Assembly: GCA_030704615.1 (NCBI GenBank)
Contig: CM060733.1
Location: forward strand, 25,544,001-25,608,000
Direction: 5' to 3'
Origin: Takakia lepidozioides
Taxonomy: Eukaryota; Plantae; Bryophyta
DNA length: 64,000 nucleotides
A program made the position numbers and the translations under genes. Positions 12,900 to 25,005 of this stretch are shown one piece after another; within the stretch, counting starts at the first letter, position 1, and each line of letters opens with the position of its first letter. Below the pieces are notes generated by a model that saw only the letters and a program-made list of their open reading frames with translations, searched no databases and had not been told where the DNA came from.

Positions 12900-13610
12900 G
12901 TTTGGAGGGAGTCGTGGAAGTTAACCTCCAGCTCAAACTCAGGGGAAAGAGTGGAGAGGTGCATGGAGGTCTTGTCAGGCTGGAGGGGGGAGGTCGCTCC
13001 AGCAGTAGTGTTCCTGCATAGGACTGCTGCAAATGATTCCTTGTCTGGCCCAGGTCTATTGGAAAGCCCTGTGTAGCCCCGTCGTGCCCTGTTCTCGTTG
13101 TATGTTTGCAGAGAGTTTGGTCCACGCCCTTCTAGCTTCAGTTTGCAGATCCATAAATATACATGCTAACAGAGCATAAATGGAGGTGGTGATACCCTGG
13201 AATGTGTTTTTGCATCTGGGTTTCCAAAGGTGCCATAGAGCTGATGCCCTGAGGGTTTCAAAAACAGGGCAGTTGATAGATCTTTTTTTGGTTTGTTGAT
13301 CGTAGTTTAGGAGGATGTCCGTATGATTAAGTACTCTCGGATCCCAACAATGGTAAAAGGCTCTGACATAGGGCCAAGTCTTGGCAGGTGCCTGGCAAAG
13401 GAGGAGACTATGCTCAATCGATTCCATTACTGCTGTGGACCAGCAAGCACATAGAATATTGCCTTGAAACTATATCCATTCTCCGACCTTAAGAACCATG
13501 ATAACTAATTGCCACAGAAAAGCTGCCACTTTGGATGGCCTTGTTTTGATCCAGACCGAGCTCCAAATGGTTTTCCAGTTCTCTTCATTGAAGTTGTAAA
13601 GGCTCCATGA
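12900..13610 (-). pseudogene. Second LINE ORF2 3' fragment (zf-RVT)
   Basis: WKTIWSSVWIKTRPSKVAAFLWQL...CACWSTAVMESIEHSLLLC...ALWHLWKPRC; paralogous to 12260-12600. Confidence 0.8.
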
Positions 13611-14399
13611 TTTAAAATAATAAAATAAAAACCCATTTAGTTTAGTTTATTGTTAAATTATGAATGTGGACGATATAAGCTGAACTTGTAGAGATGGAGC
13701 CCCGGTGCTCCGTGATTCCCGGTGAGAGGCCACCGAACTTAGCCGCTCAAGCATCCTTGCGTTCGGCTTGATGCTCGTGTTGGCTACTTCCACTCTCGTC
13801 TGAGCTTCATCGCCCGCACATCTCCTTCATTTCATCAGCTCTCTTGCCTCCCCGGAATGAACGGTGTTTCCCACATCCCTTCTTCATTTCCTCGTCCCTA
13901 GCATCTCCTCGGAAGCACACTTGGCAAAGCACAATCTCTCTCAGTACACTTCTGCCATAGATGTCCCCCTCCACTCAACTCTCCTTCATTGGTAATGATT
14001 TTCCCGCCGCGGAAGCCTTATGGCTGTACTGACGGGCTCCTGCGTCGCCACACGCTTCCTTACCTCCCTTTCAATCCTCGCGATACTTCACTTTCTTACT
14101 TTCTCCTCGCTTCTCCGTTCTCTAATCAGGATGGCTTCGTTTGTCTCTGCAGTTCCTCCACGCCGTAGAGAGAATGCTCACAGGCAGGTTCATAGAAAGA
14201 ATGACCGAAAGAACGACCGTGGTAGTGATCGAGGTTATGATAGAGGTCCTTTCAAGCGTGAGTCTCGCATCCCTGGTATTCGCGGGCGCGGTCCCTCAGA
14301 CTTCAACGCGTCTCCAGGTCTCTCCTCGCAAGTCTGGAGTGAGACGGCGGGCAAGCTAGATGAGGGTCAGACTGTGCTCTCACTGATATGGAGTTGGTC

Positions 14400-15241
14400 A
14401 AGGAGCACTCCCTCACTCTCAAGCAGCGGGGCATTTTGGTTCATTTTCCCGGTCGTGTGAGAGACCGTTAAATTTCCGACTCCCGTGGTGGCACAGGAAT
14501 CTTGATTTCCCCGTCTTTACTTCCTTGCTTTCAAACGTGGAATCTTGGGTGCAGGGATGTGCGCAATGTGCTTTTACGAATCCTCTATCTCCTTTCAAGG
14601 ATTGTGCTTTTGTAAACATTTATGCCCCTAATTCAGTGGAAAGATAGCTTTCTGGATTTTTTTCAAGCGCAAGTTCATGAACTATCCTCATATTTCTCAC
14701 TGGATTCTTGGTGGTGACTTTAACATGGTAGAGCGATCTGCAGATAGGCTCGTAATCTCTCCTCAATGTTTATCAGAGGAGGAATTTGGCTTGGGATCTT
14801 TCTGTTTTGACTCTGGTCTGATTGATACCATGGAAGAAAATTCGATCGGTCTCCGTTTTACCTGGTCCAATGGTAGGCAACCCCTGACCTTCGCATGGCT
14901 CGCTTGGATCGTTTCTATTTTCTCCCACCCCCCTGATATGGGCAAAGTGCCATGACCAAGGCCCTACTCTTCTGAATTTTGACCATGCAAGTGTTGCAGT
15001 CGCTTTTTCTCTTCCAGGCTCCCAATCCAAAAAAAACGGCTTCTTCTGCTTGAACCCTTTCTTGGGAATCCCTGCTTTCCTGCAACAATTGAAGGATACT
15101 TGGACAAATTCTGGTAACGAATTCGTATTCCCCACCCTCAGATCTATCAGGAAGCTGGAGAACGCTCGTAAGAAGGCTCAGCAGTTGGCCTTAGTCTTTG
15201 CTAAGGAGAGAAATAGCAGGGAAAAAGCGCTGCTCAAGTGA
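14400..15241 (+). pseudogene. LINE ORF2 APE endonuclease fragment (preceded by a probable 5'UTR/ORF1 start at ~13700-14400)
   Basis: FVNIYAPN, WILGGDFNMV, GLIDT, RFTWSNG, RLDRFYF and DH motifs, with frameshifts. Confidence 0.8.
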
Positions 15242-15713
15242 CTATCGCAATGCCAAAAAGTCTCTTAGAAACAAATTGGTTGGGACCCCAAACCATGTCC
15301 TCTCTCACTCTCGCTAAGAGAAACATGGCGGATATGCTTAACCCTTAAGTTCCCAAGCCCCTTTTTGGCCTTTTTACCAATTTTGGGTACCCAGTTGCAG
15401 TAAGTTGCCCCTAGAAACCTACCAAAAATCATCCAAAGATTCCAGCCTTATATTATAGCATTGGCCCGGATCTCAAATATCAGGTCCCAAGAAAAAAGTG
15501 AGAAAGAAATTGTTTGACACAAATCAAAACCTAGCTTTATCCAATTTTGCTTGCCCCAAGACCCACCATTTCCCAATCGGTAGTGGAGTGGCTATGACCC
15601 CACTAAATTGCAGGTCCAACTGATTTTTCAACCTATGGTTGCTATGCATGCAATTACACGGGGATTGAAATCTCAAAATTGACAAGAGAAAATGTGCTTC
15701 CAAATGAAGTACT

Positions 15714-16052
15714 TTTTTCTACAAAATTTTTAAAAGCAATGGTGGATTTGTGTATGTAATGCTCACACACCACAAGGTGAAGTGTTTTTTCCAAGATTGC
15801 TAATTTTCTGCCAAAAATGGCATTTGGAGTGCAATATGTTTGGGCTTGTTACCTGCAACGTGAGAGGTTCAACAAAGCCTTTTTTTTCTACAAATTTTTA
15901 AAAGCCAATGGTGGATGTGTGTATGTAATGCTCACACACCACAAGGTGAAGTGTTTTTTCCAAGATTGCTAATTTTCTGCCAAAAATGGCATTTGGAGTG
16001 CAATATGTTTTGGGCTTGTTTACCTGCCACGTGAGAGGTCAACAAGCCCTTT
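15714..16052. repeat. ~170-bp tandem duplication
   Basis: TTTTCTACAAA..GCAATGGTGGAT..CACAAGGTGAAGTG..GTGAGAGGT..AACAA present twice (~15714 and ~15884). Confidence 0.85.
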
Positions 16053-16214
16053 TCAAGCCCCAAAACGTAAATGCCCGGTTATCAGCGTCACGTCCGTCCG
16101 GAAGCGTCAGGTCACGTCAGACCTGACGTTGACGGAACCTCCGTCACATCAGGTTTGGGGAATATTTTGGTAAAAATAGTACCAGGTAAATACTGTCAAT
16201 TAAGCAGCCACGTC

Positions 16215-17110
16215 GCCGACACGGTGGCGGTGGCAAATATATTTTAAAAATTAACAAAATGAACGCGACCGCCAATTATGGCGGTCGCTTTATTTTTCGA
16301 AATTAAAAAAAGAAATAGCGAACGCAATAATTGGCGGTCGCTTCAATTTATTTTTTTAAAAAACAAGATTGGCGGTCGCATTGGCAGTCGCCTAATTTAA
16401 AAAAGAAAACAAACGACTGCCGTATTGGCGGTCGCACAATTTTGTAAATATGTACAAAACAAACAACCGCCGTATGGCGGTCGGATAATTTCAAATATAT
16501 ATATAAAAACAAGCGACCGCCATTGGGCGGTCGCTTAATTTAAAATATATATAGAAAAAAAAACAAACGACCGCCATACGGCGGTCGGTAAATTTAAAAT
16601 TATATTAGAAAAACAAGCGACATATGAAAATAAAAGCGACCGCCACACCGGTGGTCGCTTGTTTAAAAACAATACAATATTTATGACCGCCAAACCGGCT
16701 GTCGCTTTAATTTAATAATATATAAAATAAAAACGACCGCCAGCCTAGAGGTTGCTTAAACTTGAAAATATAAAGATTAAAAGCGACCGCCTTACTGGCG
16801 GTCGCGTTTTTTTTTAAATATTAAAAATAAAAACGACCACCATATTGGCGGTCGCTTTATTTTAAATATATTAACAAATGAAACGACCGCCATACCGGTA
16901 GTCGCATTATATTTTGAAATAAAAAATACGGACGGTCGCTTAAATTTAAAAATATACAAAATAGAAATGACCGCAATATTGCACAAAATGAAAGGAAATA
17001 AAAGCTACCGCAGTAATGGCGGTCGTTTGTTTTTCATAAAAAATAAAAATAGCGACCGTAGTATTAGCGGTCGCTTAATTTCAAAGTTATAAAAATACAG
17101 TTGTACCGCC
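16215..17110. repeat. Array 1 of ~18-20 palindromes GCGACCGCC-N4-6-GGCGGTCGC, ~50-bp period, with A/T-tract spacers
   Basis: Units start at about 16265, 16318, 16413, 16463, 16513, 16567, 16636, 16683, 16732, 16783, 16833, 16882, 17003 and 17053, plus half-sites. Confidence 0.9.
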
Positions 17111-17287
17111 TTTTTCGCATGGGCGCTATTGGTTTGTCATTTATTCATTTCACTTTTATCGTTCTTGGATCATATGTAAGGGAGGAGGGCCACCAAGCTC
17201 CTCACTTCTTTTGGCGCAAACACTTGTGCTTGCTTTGGATGTTCTTTTCCATTGAACGAAAATGTAGCCAAAGAGGAGGGTGTGTAC

Positions 17288-18015
17288 TAGTGTTAGGCGG
17301 TTCTCTGGTTTTGGGTTGAACCTGCAGGGTAGGTTCTATCTTGTGGAAGGTAAATAGAGAACCTCTAAGGCCGGTTATTTAAAAACATGGACAGTTAGAG
17401 AATCTGTTGTGCAGGGTATATCTCTGAGTTACATTTTCACGGATATGTTTTATACCGGTTATTTAATGCAATTATCCGTAAAATCCGGTGCTCGGGTACA
17501 TGGGTAGAAAACCGTATAAAGAACCGAGAGATGACCCGGTTCCGAGTCCCGGTTCTGAGTTCAAAAGTTATTATGGACAGAATAAATAAAAAATGTACAT
17601 GTATGAGATGGCCACAATTGTCAATAATTAAGCTCATTTTCTAGCACAACTAATACTAAACTTCCTCTAGATTGCACTGTTGGTCTGTTGGCATTCAATT
17701 TTAGCATTTTCACTACCCTTCTTCTTCCTCAAGGCTTCCACGCGAACCTTAGATAACCGCCCTTATACCCATGGTATGTGTCGGGTGCAGTTACCCTTAC
17801 CCTCCCATCTCATTTTCACTCGTAGGTCAGGTTCTTATGGATACTAGCTATTAGAAAACCCCCGGTTCGGTGAAGTTCATGGGTAAATAGATTTTGGTAT
17901 CTGTCGGTTCAATCTTGACTAGGGTATTTGAAATATTAATACCCGAGGTTAAGGGGGCATATACCCAGGTCCGGAACCGGCGGTTCACCCAAAATCAGAG
18001 AACCGCCCAACACTG
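17288..18015. mobile_element. Non-autonomous hAT element / MITE (728 bp)
   Basis: TIRs TAGTGTTAGGCGGTTCTCTGGTTTTGGG and CCCAAAATCAGAGAACCGCCCAACACTG. 8-bp TSD GTGTGTAC / GTGCGCAC (two C>T differences). Internal AACCG/CGGTT subterminal motifs. Confidence 0.85.
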
Positions 18016-18234
18016 GTGCGCACCTTTTGCCGTTGTGGCTTCCACCAAAACCACTTCAGCAGATTGTGTATAAGCTCAACACTACAACCTACATCGATCC
18101 ACTTGGGTTGCTGACAGGTATAGAAGTGTTGGGCTATCGCATTGCACTCTACATTCACAACACGTTCATTTATAGGTGATTGTTTTTTGTTGCTTACATC
18201 GTTAAGGCCCAGAAGAGTGGATATTGGGTGAAGA

Positions 18235-20630
18235 TGAGGGAGGAATGGAGCCCTTGGTATACGACAATCCCAAACACTGTCAGTGCCACTAGTAGTGTTG
18301 AGTGCAACATATGCGGATTAAAACTTTCTTATCGTAACGATCGGTTGCTCGCTCACCTCGGCTACAGAGGTGTGAAGAGCCCTAAAGCATCTATGCGGGT
18401 AAAAAGCCACTTTGCCCAGTGTGGAGGGAATATTCCAATGTCTCTGAATCTGGACATGACCTCTGAGCAGAACACTCCATCTTCCCGTCATGATGCCCCG
18501 ATTAGTACCCAAGGCGACTCTTGTGAGGCTTCAGGTGTTCTTGGACAAGTGGGTTGTGCCGGAGCAACACCTGCTTCAACACCTGCTTCAACACCTCTTT
18601 GTACCCCTACACTTCAACGGAGTAGATGATTACGGCAGCAATCCATGTAGGAAAGACTTAACTTGTCTGCGAAAAGACAGTTGGATAAAAAATGGGTGCA
18701 GTTTTTTTCAAGGCCAACATACCATTTAATGTGGCAAGGCTTCCGGTATTTGTTTCTGCCCTTAGAGCAACCTCAGAGTCCAGATCCACGTACGTGCCTC
18801 CGACTTATCACAATCTCCGCACAGGATTGCTAAAAGACGTCATGACCGAGCTTACTCAAAAGGTCAACAATATGATGGGCGAGTGCATCAGAAAATATGG
18901 AAGCACTATGTGTGCCGATGGTTGGAGTTCTGTTACGAACAAACCGTTGTTCAATGTCATGCTCGTATGTCCAGCTGGGGAACAATTCTTGGGATCGGTC
19001 AACACTAGCGGCGAGAAGAAAGATGAACGTTATCAATGCCAACTATTGACGGACTTCATCGAACATGTCGGAAGTGATAGAATCGTGTAAATATGCACAG
19101 ACAATGCCGCTAACATGAGAAACACTACAGACATGTTATTGGCACGTTATCCCCATATGTACTGTCAAGGTTGTGCTACTCATATCCTTGACCTCATTTT
19201 GAAATATTGGGGAAAAGAACAGTGGGTGAAACAATTTGTCAAGCGAGCGAAGACTATTGTGTCGTTCATCCGCACACACCACATCCCTTTGACAATATAG
19301 GAGGCACGAACCCAAATACAGCCTCCGCAATCCAGACGAAATTCGTTTTGTCACTAATTTCTTGATGATGGATCGGTTGGTGACGGTGAAGAACAGTCTG
19401 GAGCACACCATCATCGATCCTCAATGAGATGCATACACACGGACATTGCGGGACTCCAGAAAAGCCAAGTCATTGGGCAAAAGTCGAAAAGTTCGGAATA
19501 ACATTCGCAACGATGATTTCTGGAAGAAATGTGAAAACTTTGTTTATATGGTAGAGCCGGTGTTAATCATCTTGCGGGAGTTTGATGAAAAGCAACCAGT
19601 AATTTGCAAGGCATGGTTACTAATGCAAAATCTTGATAAGCACGTCCAATCCTTGAGGCATCATTCCTTCTCCTTGAAACCTGAACTTGCGGACAGTGTT
19701 GAGGATGTATTTTACGACCGTTGTTCGATGGTTCGAACGGACATGCATTATGCGGGGGCTTTGCTTAATCTATTCTTGCTCGACAATACCATGCTCCGAG
19801 ACGACGCTGATGCCAAGGCCGGCCTCGTGCAAGTGCTCATGCGACTGGCTCCGTCGAACATGGCAGAGAGAGCTATATCCGAGTACCAATGCTTCTCAGA
19901 TCGCCGCAACTCTTTTGAAGACATGTCGGATCCAAAAGAGCTCAATATGTTACCACATGAATGGTGGGATCTGATTAGAGCTGGAGCAAGAACATTGGCT
20001 CCCATAGCGAAGTGTATTCTTGCTCAAGTGTGCTCTGTCTCATCTTGCAAACGCAATTAGAGCACTTACTCATTTGTTCACAACAAAATTCGCAACAGGT
20101 TGAATCCCACGAGGGCTGACAAATTGGTGTATGTGTATACCAATTGCTGACTGCTACGTGAGAGAGCAGCGGATGATGCTGCAGCATGGTATGAGAAGAA
20201 TTTGCATTCCGAAGACTCTGCTTCTGAGGTAGATTCGATGAGTGACGATACTGAGCCTCAGAGGGAATCATCTGCCTCCGATAGTGAAGATGGATCCGAT
20301 AATGCTCCCGAAAATGCGTATGACTCATTTACATTCACAGAGGATGATGCTTATATCTAGCCAACATTTTATGACCTTCTTGAAGAAGTGCGTATCGCAG
20401 ATGAAGGTGAAGCTGCAATTGTGTCATCCCCAGAACATGGTCCTCAAAATAAAGTTGGGGTCGACCCTCGCCCCCCACTACACATTGAAGCCACCGGTAG
20501 TACCCCAATGGAGCTTAGGGGTGATGAACTTCCAGGACCGAGCGACGTACGCAACCCTGTTCATACAAACGATGGTATCGAACTCATTGTACATTCGACG
20601 GGACGGGATCATGCCTCACCGATATGACCA
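18235..20630 (+). pseudogene. hAT-family transposase (BED-like finger, DUF659, C-terminal dimerisation domain), pseudogenised
   Basis: CNICGLKLSYRNDRLLAHL; FFKANIPFN; DGWSSVTNKPLFN; ICTDNAANM; GCATHILDL; EWWD...ILAQVCSVSSCKRN*STYSFVHNKIRNRL..ADKLVYVYTN. Several in-frame stops. Confidence 0.9.
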
Positions 20631-20849
20631 GTTCCACCACAATGCCAAAACCGATCCAGCTCCTCATCAACACAACGGGCATTAAGAAGCAACATGGTTG
20701 ATCTGTTTTCCACACACACACATTATTCTGCTGCATTGGACCGGGCGGAAGTTGAAGCCTCGGATAATGACAACCCTACAATTCCAGCTTAACCGACGTG
20801 TTGTGGAGCAGACCCGTGGTTCCTCACAAGCCGGACCATCTAATGCCGG

Positions 20850-21300
20850 AAAATGGAATGAAAAAAAATCGTGAGCACGTGAAACGCAGTCCAACAGGTC
20901 CCAAAGTAATAGCAGATCCAACGGAATATATTCAACAGGTGAACAGATGGTTGCCCATCCAAATCATTTTTGTTTGCTTCCAAATTTTGCCAGTACGTTT
21001 GAGACACCCTCTCACAGGTCCCCAACTAATATGAGATCAATCGAAATTCATTCGATGGCTCAACTGATGGTTGGCCATCGAAATGATTTTGGTTCGCTTT
21101 GAGACTTGGCCACTGTGTTCAATGTACCATGTAAGAGGCCCAGAGTAATATGATATCAATCGAAATTCGTTCAATGGGCCAACGGATGGTTGCCCATCCA
21201 AATGATTTTCGTTCGCTTTGAGACTTGGCAAGTATATTTAATGTACCCTCTGATACGACCCAGTGTAATATGAGATCAATCGACATTATTTTGTGCTTTG
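20850..21300 (+). repeat. 120-bp stem-loop tandem repeat, block A (~3.3 units)
   Basis: AATATGA(G/T)ATCAATCG at ~21028, 21147 and 21267. Each unit carries an imperfect ~55-nt hairpin. Confidence 0.85.
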
Positions 21301-21732
21301 AGAACTTTATAGGTATGTTCGTAGAAAGATCATAGATTTTGCGAAATTATGAAATACGCAGGGACTAGGCGAAATTTGTTTGGAAGACAACCATTCGTAA
21401 CTCGTTATAACTTATAAGTTAACATCAATTTTCTTTGTTCTCCAGCTTTCGGAGTTCATTGCAAATACCTACATACACGTCATGACCAAATATGACACCA
21501 TTGTAAATTTGTTTACAGGGTGAACCACTTCTTCCCCATCACACAAGCGTAAATGTGAAGAAAACGTTGCTCATGCAATTGAAATTGGCAGGTGCCGCAC
21601 ATATGCATTGTGTATTAAGAAAATTGGTGATATATAAAATAGGCGGAATGTGATCACTGTGTTTTCGAACAATATTCAAGGTACAACAAAAATGCACATT
21701 GTCTATGTATTACGCTACCAATCATTAAAAGC

Positions 21733-24062
21733 CTAGTCGTCACTGTCCGAGAACAAGGAATGTGATGTTGTGGCCTGATTTGCACTGCCAATTGCCAGAG
21801 CTTGCGACCGTGATCTTGGGCCCAATGGCATATGATTAATTTTGGCCTACATCCGCCTACTTTGCGGCGAAAGTTGACTTTCTTCTTCACTCTCACGACG
21901 TGGCGGATGTGGATCGAGAACAAGTGTTCGGGCTGCATGCAAATCGGCAACGAGGCCGTCCACATCCGGCAATAGAGTCCCCGAAACATGATGATAACGG
22001 TCTGTCCATAATCGCCTCTATTGCTCTACAACTGCCTTGATGGTACTTTTGAAACTTTCCAACTGCCTCTCGCGGGCCCTGTCCCTAATCATTATGTCGT
22101 TTCGACAATAAGCCGTCTCGTACGCCTCATTCATTCGGCGTTGACATATTATAGCATCTTCCAGTTCGGACAGTAACAAATGTCTCCCAATCGGTTGTCG
22201 GTCATACAATTCGTTCTCCTCCGGCACCTATGGAACCTGTGGGAGCCGGATAAACCTGGACCTTCTCTGACTCCAATGCCTTCGTAGATTGCGGCAAAAC
22301 TGCTCTCTCTCCCACCAATCGGGAATGCCTCCCGCACGTATGGTTATCTTCCAGTCAGATGTGACCCAGAAATACTGGGGATCTTTTATGTATGTCGGGT
22401 TTCCGGCATGTATGTCATGCATTTCTCTGTCTGCATCCCATACCAAGTTCTTGCCCCAATGCACACAATTCATAAATGTGAATGGTAGCCCATCCAATGG
22501 GAGGTTGTGTCGATTGTACTTCAAACCTATGGGCATCCAATCCTCCAAGCCCACCAGCTCATAGAAACGGCGATGGATTGGTGTACGGCATTCTGGGCAA
22601 GTGCTCATCCGCAAGGTTTGCGAGATAAGACATGTGAGATGGAACATATGTCCACATGATCCAAGCACATGACATCCCTCTGGGCCGGTATGGATTCCTA
22701 CACATCGAACAAACTGTGTCATCTGATATCCATGACGGAAAAACACGTCATGGTATCTCCTCCCTCTGGGCCGGTTTGATGTGGCAGCTCATCCTTGTTG
22801 TGGTGTCCCACTCTTCCTCTATCTTCAATTCCCAGTTTATGCTTCTGTTCGACCCCAAAATTCTGTGCTTACATTGATCGAACATAGAATCCACATCTGC
22901 CCAATTGGTATACCCGGCAAACACGCTTGATGCGATGCGGAGATCGTTATACCTTTGCATGTTGGCATAAATGCTATCCACGCTACGGTTCGACATGCGT
23001 GCGACACGTTGCAAGCCTGATAGTGCCCGCTCTACCCGTGCTTCTTTGGAGGCCAAATGGGTCGCCCATTGTACCCAATTCTCCCAATTGCCATTCAATG
23101 AGACCCATGCCCAAATCTCCAACGTTTTGGACAAGCGCCATGCAGTTGCCATGGCAATGTCTCGCTCCTTTGTAACGCGGCCGACATCGGATATCGGATT
23201 CATCTCGGATTGAATGGCGACCCTCGAGCATTCCCCGGTTTCCAGTACTGGTTCTTTTCCTTTCCTCCTTCTCTCATCCGCAATTCGTTGTTCCTCAACC
23301 ATGGTTTCATCGGCCACAAGGTCAAGAACGTCCGTAATTTCGTGAATGATGAGGTCAATACTGCGATCGGGCATCGCAAACTCCGCGTCCATGTCCACAA
23401 ACGTTTGTTCGATCCTCATTGTGGACAACAGTGCCTTTATTGTTTGGAGGCATGTCTTGCAATCTAGCTTCCAACTTGGCTATGCGTAGTGTTTGCCAGT
23501 CTAGTCGGTCCTACAGGGTCCTGATTCGCTGGTCGCTTTCCGCTAGTTGTTCCTCTAACGTTGCAACCGGCTATATTCGAAACGTGTCCAGGATGTACTC
23601 CAAATCGTATAGCATCCTCGTGTTCCTCCTACTAACAGTTTGTCAATTTACTGGATGCAAGAGAATGACCTCCACGTACAACATGGCTGCCAAGGTGTAC
23701 GGGATTTGGCCCTTAAAGAGAGGTTGACCCCACAATGTGCAATGCACCTCATTCGCCCTATGATGGAAATGCAAGTTCGTGCAAGACCTGGACTCTGCGT
23801 AATTGTTTCGGGTTTGCACGTCATGCCTATCCAAAGACCACAATCGATTGATGTGGTACCACTTCACGAATTTTTTAAATCTCGCCATCGGCCACCTGAA
23901 CTCTTGCGGAACATTCTCCCAGCCCTCTTCTGCTAGTATGCTAGGATCACCATATACTTCCCAATTTAAGTCTTGCCTTGATCATTTGATTTTCTTAGGG
24001 TGCGGTCCATGTTCATTGGGGTCATCTCTTCCATGACGCTCATCGTCGTGGCCCTCTGCCAT
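21733..24062 (-). pseudogene. Large hypothetical protein with a RING-H2-like finger (~750 codons, interrupted by stops)
   Basis: ATG GCA GAG at 24062. Collinear ORF pieces 23643-23888, 22748-23428, 22228-22746 and 22018-22227. CGHMFHLTCL...CPECRTPI is a RING C-terminal motif. Confidence 0.65.
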
Positions 24063-24439
24063 TCTGCAACAATCGGAGCAACACTAAACAAGGTTTACTA
24101 ATAAGACGTAACTCTAAACCGTTCACCCTCAACAAGTTTGAGTAGATGTCAGAATAGTTTCTAAATGCTATTTTTGTAGAATAAAATGATCATGGAAGCC
24201 AGAGTAGGGCCTGTGGGAACATTCTGCAACGACCTCACAAAAATCGCGGCAAAAAATACCTCACACCCAACTAATGGCCTCCTTCTCCACGTGACTACGT
24301 GTCGTGGAATAATGAAATGTCACGCTCACAGAAGTCGTGTGGAGAGGAAGTGAGGAGAGAATGAGCCTTCCTTGGCTTATATGCCCCTCCCCCCCCCCCT
24401 TCCCCCCTTTCATTCCTCAGGCCACGTGCAGCCTTCTAG

Positions 24440-25005
24440 AAGCGACCCACTTCGTTCTATTTTCCGGAAAAATAAAAAATCTGGGACCGCCAGAACTGGC
24501 GGTCGCTCCATTTTCCGAAAATAAAATAAATAAGCGACCGCCAGCATTGGCGGTCGCTGCATTTACAAAGACATTAAGAATTGAATCGACCGCTTCATTT
24601 TGAAAGAAATGAAAATAAAATCGTCATTTATAAAACTAAATTAAGTACAGAGCGACCGCCACTAATGACGGTCGCTGCAATTACAAAAAACAACAATGGC
24701 GATGACCGCCCCTAATGGCGGTCGCTCGATTTTCCTCCAAAAAACAAAAAAGCGACCGCCAGTAACGGCGGTTGCTTCATTTCCAAAATAATTAAAATAA
24801 AAGCGACCACTACATGTACCAAAAATATATCCCCAAAACAATCGACCGCCACTATTGGCGGTCGCTGGATTTTCAGAAAAAATAGAAATTAAAGCGATTG
24901 CCAATAATTTTACTAAGAAACAAAAGACGATCGATATTACATCGCGTTCACTATATTTACAAAGAATAAAAAATAAATGCGACCGCCAGTGATGTCGGTC
25001 GGTGC
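24440..25005. repeat. Array 2 of ~10 GCGACCGCC-N6-GGCGGTCGC palindromes
   Basis: Units at ~24485, 24534, 24652, 24702, 24752, 24843 and 24979, plus half-sites; same motif as array 1. Confidence 0.88.

Noticed and set aside
16060-16205. Left terminus of the 16-32 kb unit
   Set aside because: It reads more like the right end of a separate MULE-like element (…ACTGTCAATTAAGC); no matching TIR or TSD was found in the window.
16215-17110. CRISPR array (palindromic repeats with spacers)
   Set aside because: Eukaryotic context, no cas genes, variable repeat loops, and spacers are low-complexity, mutually similar A/T tracts.
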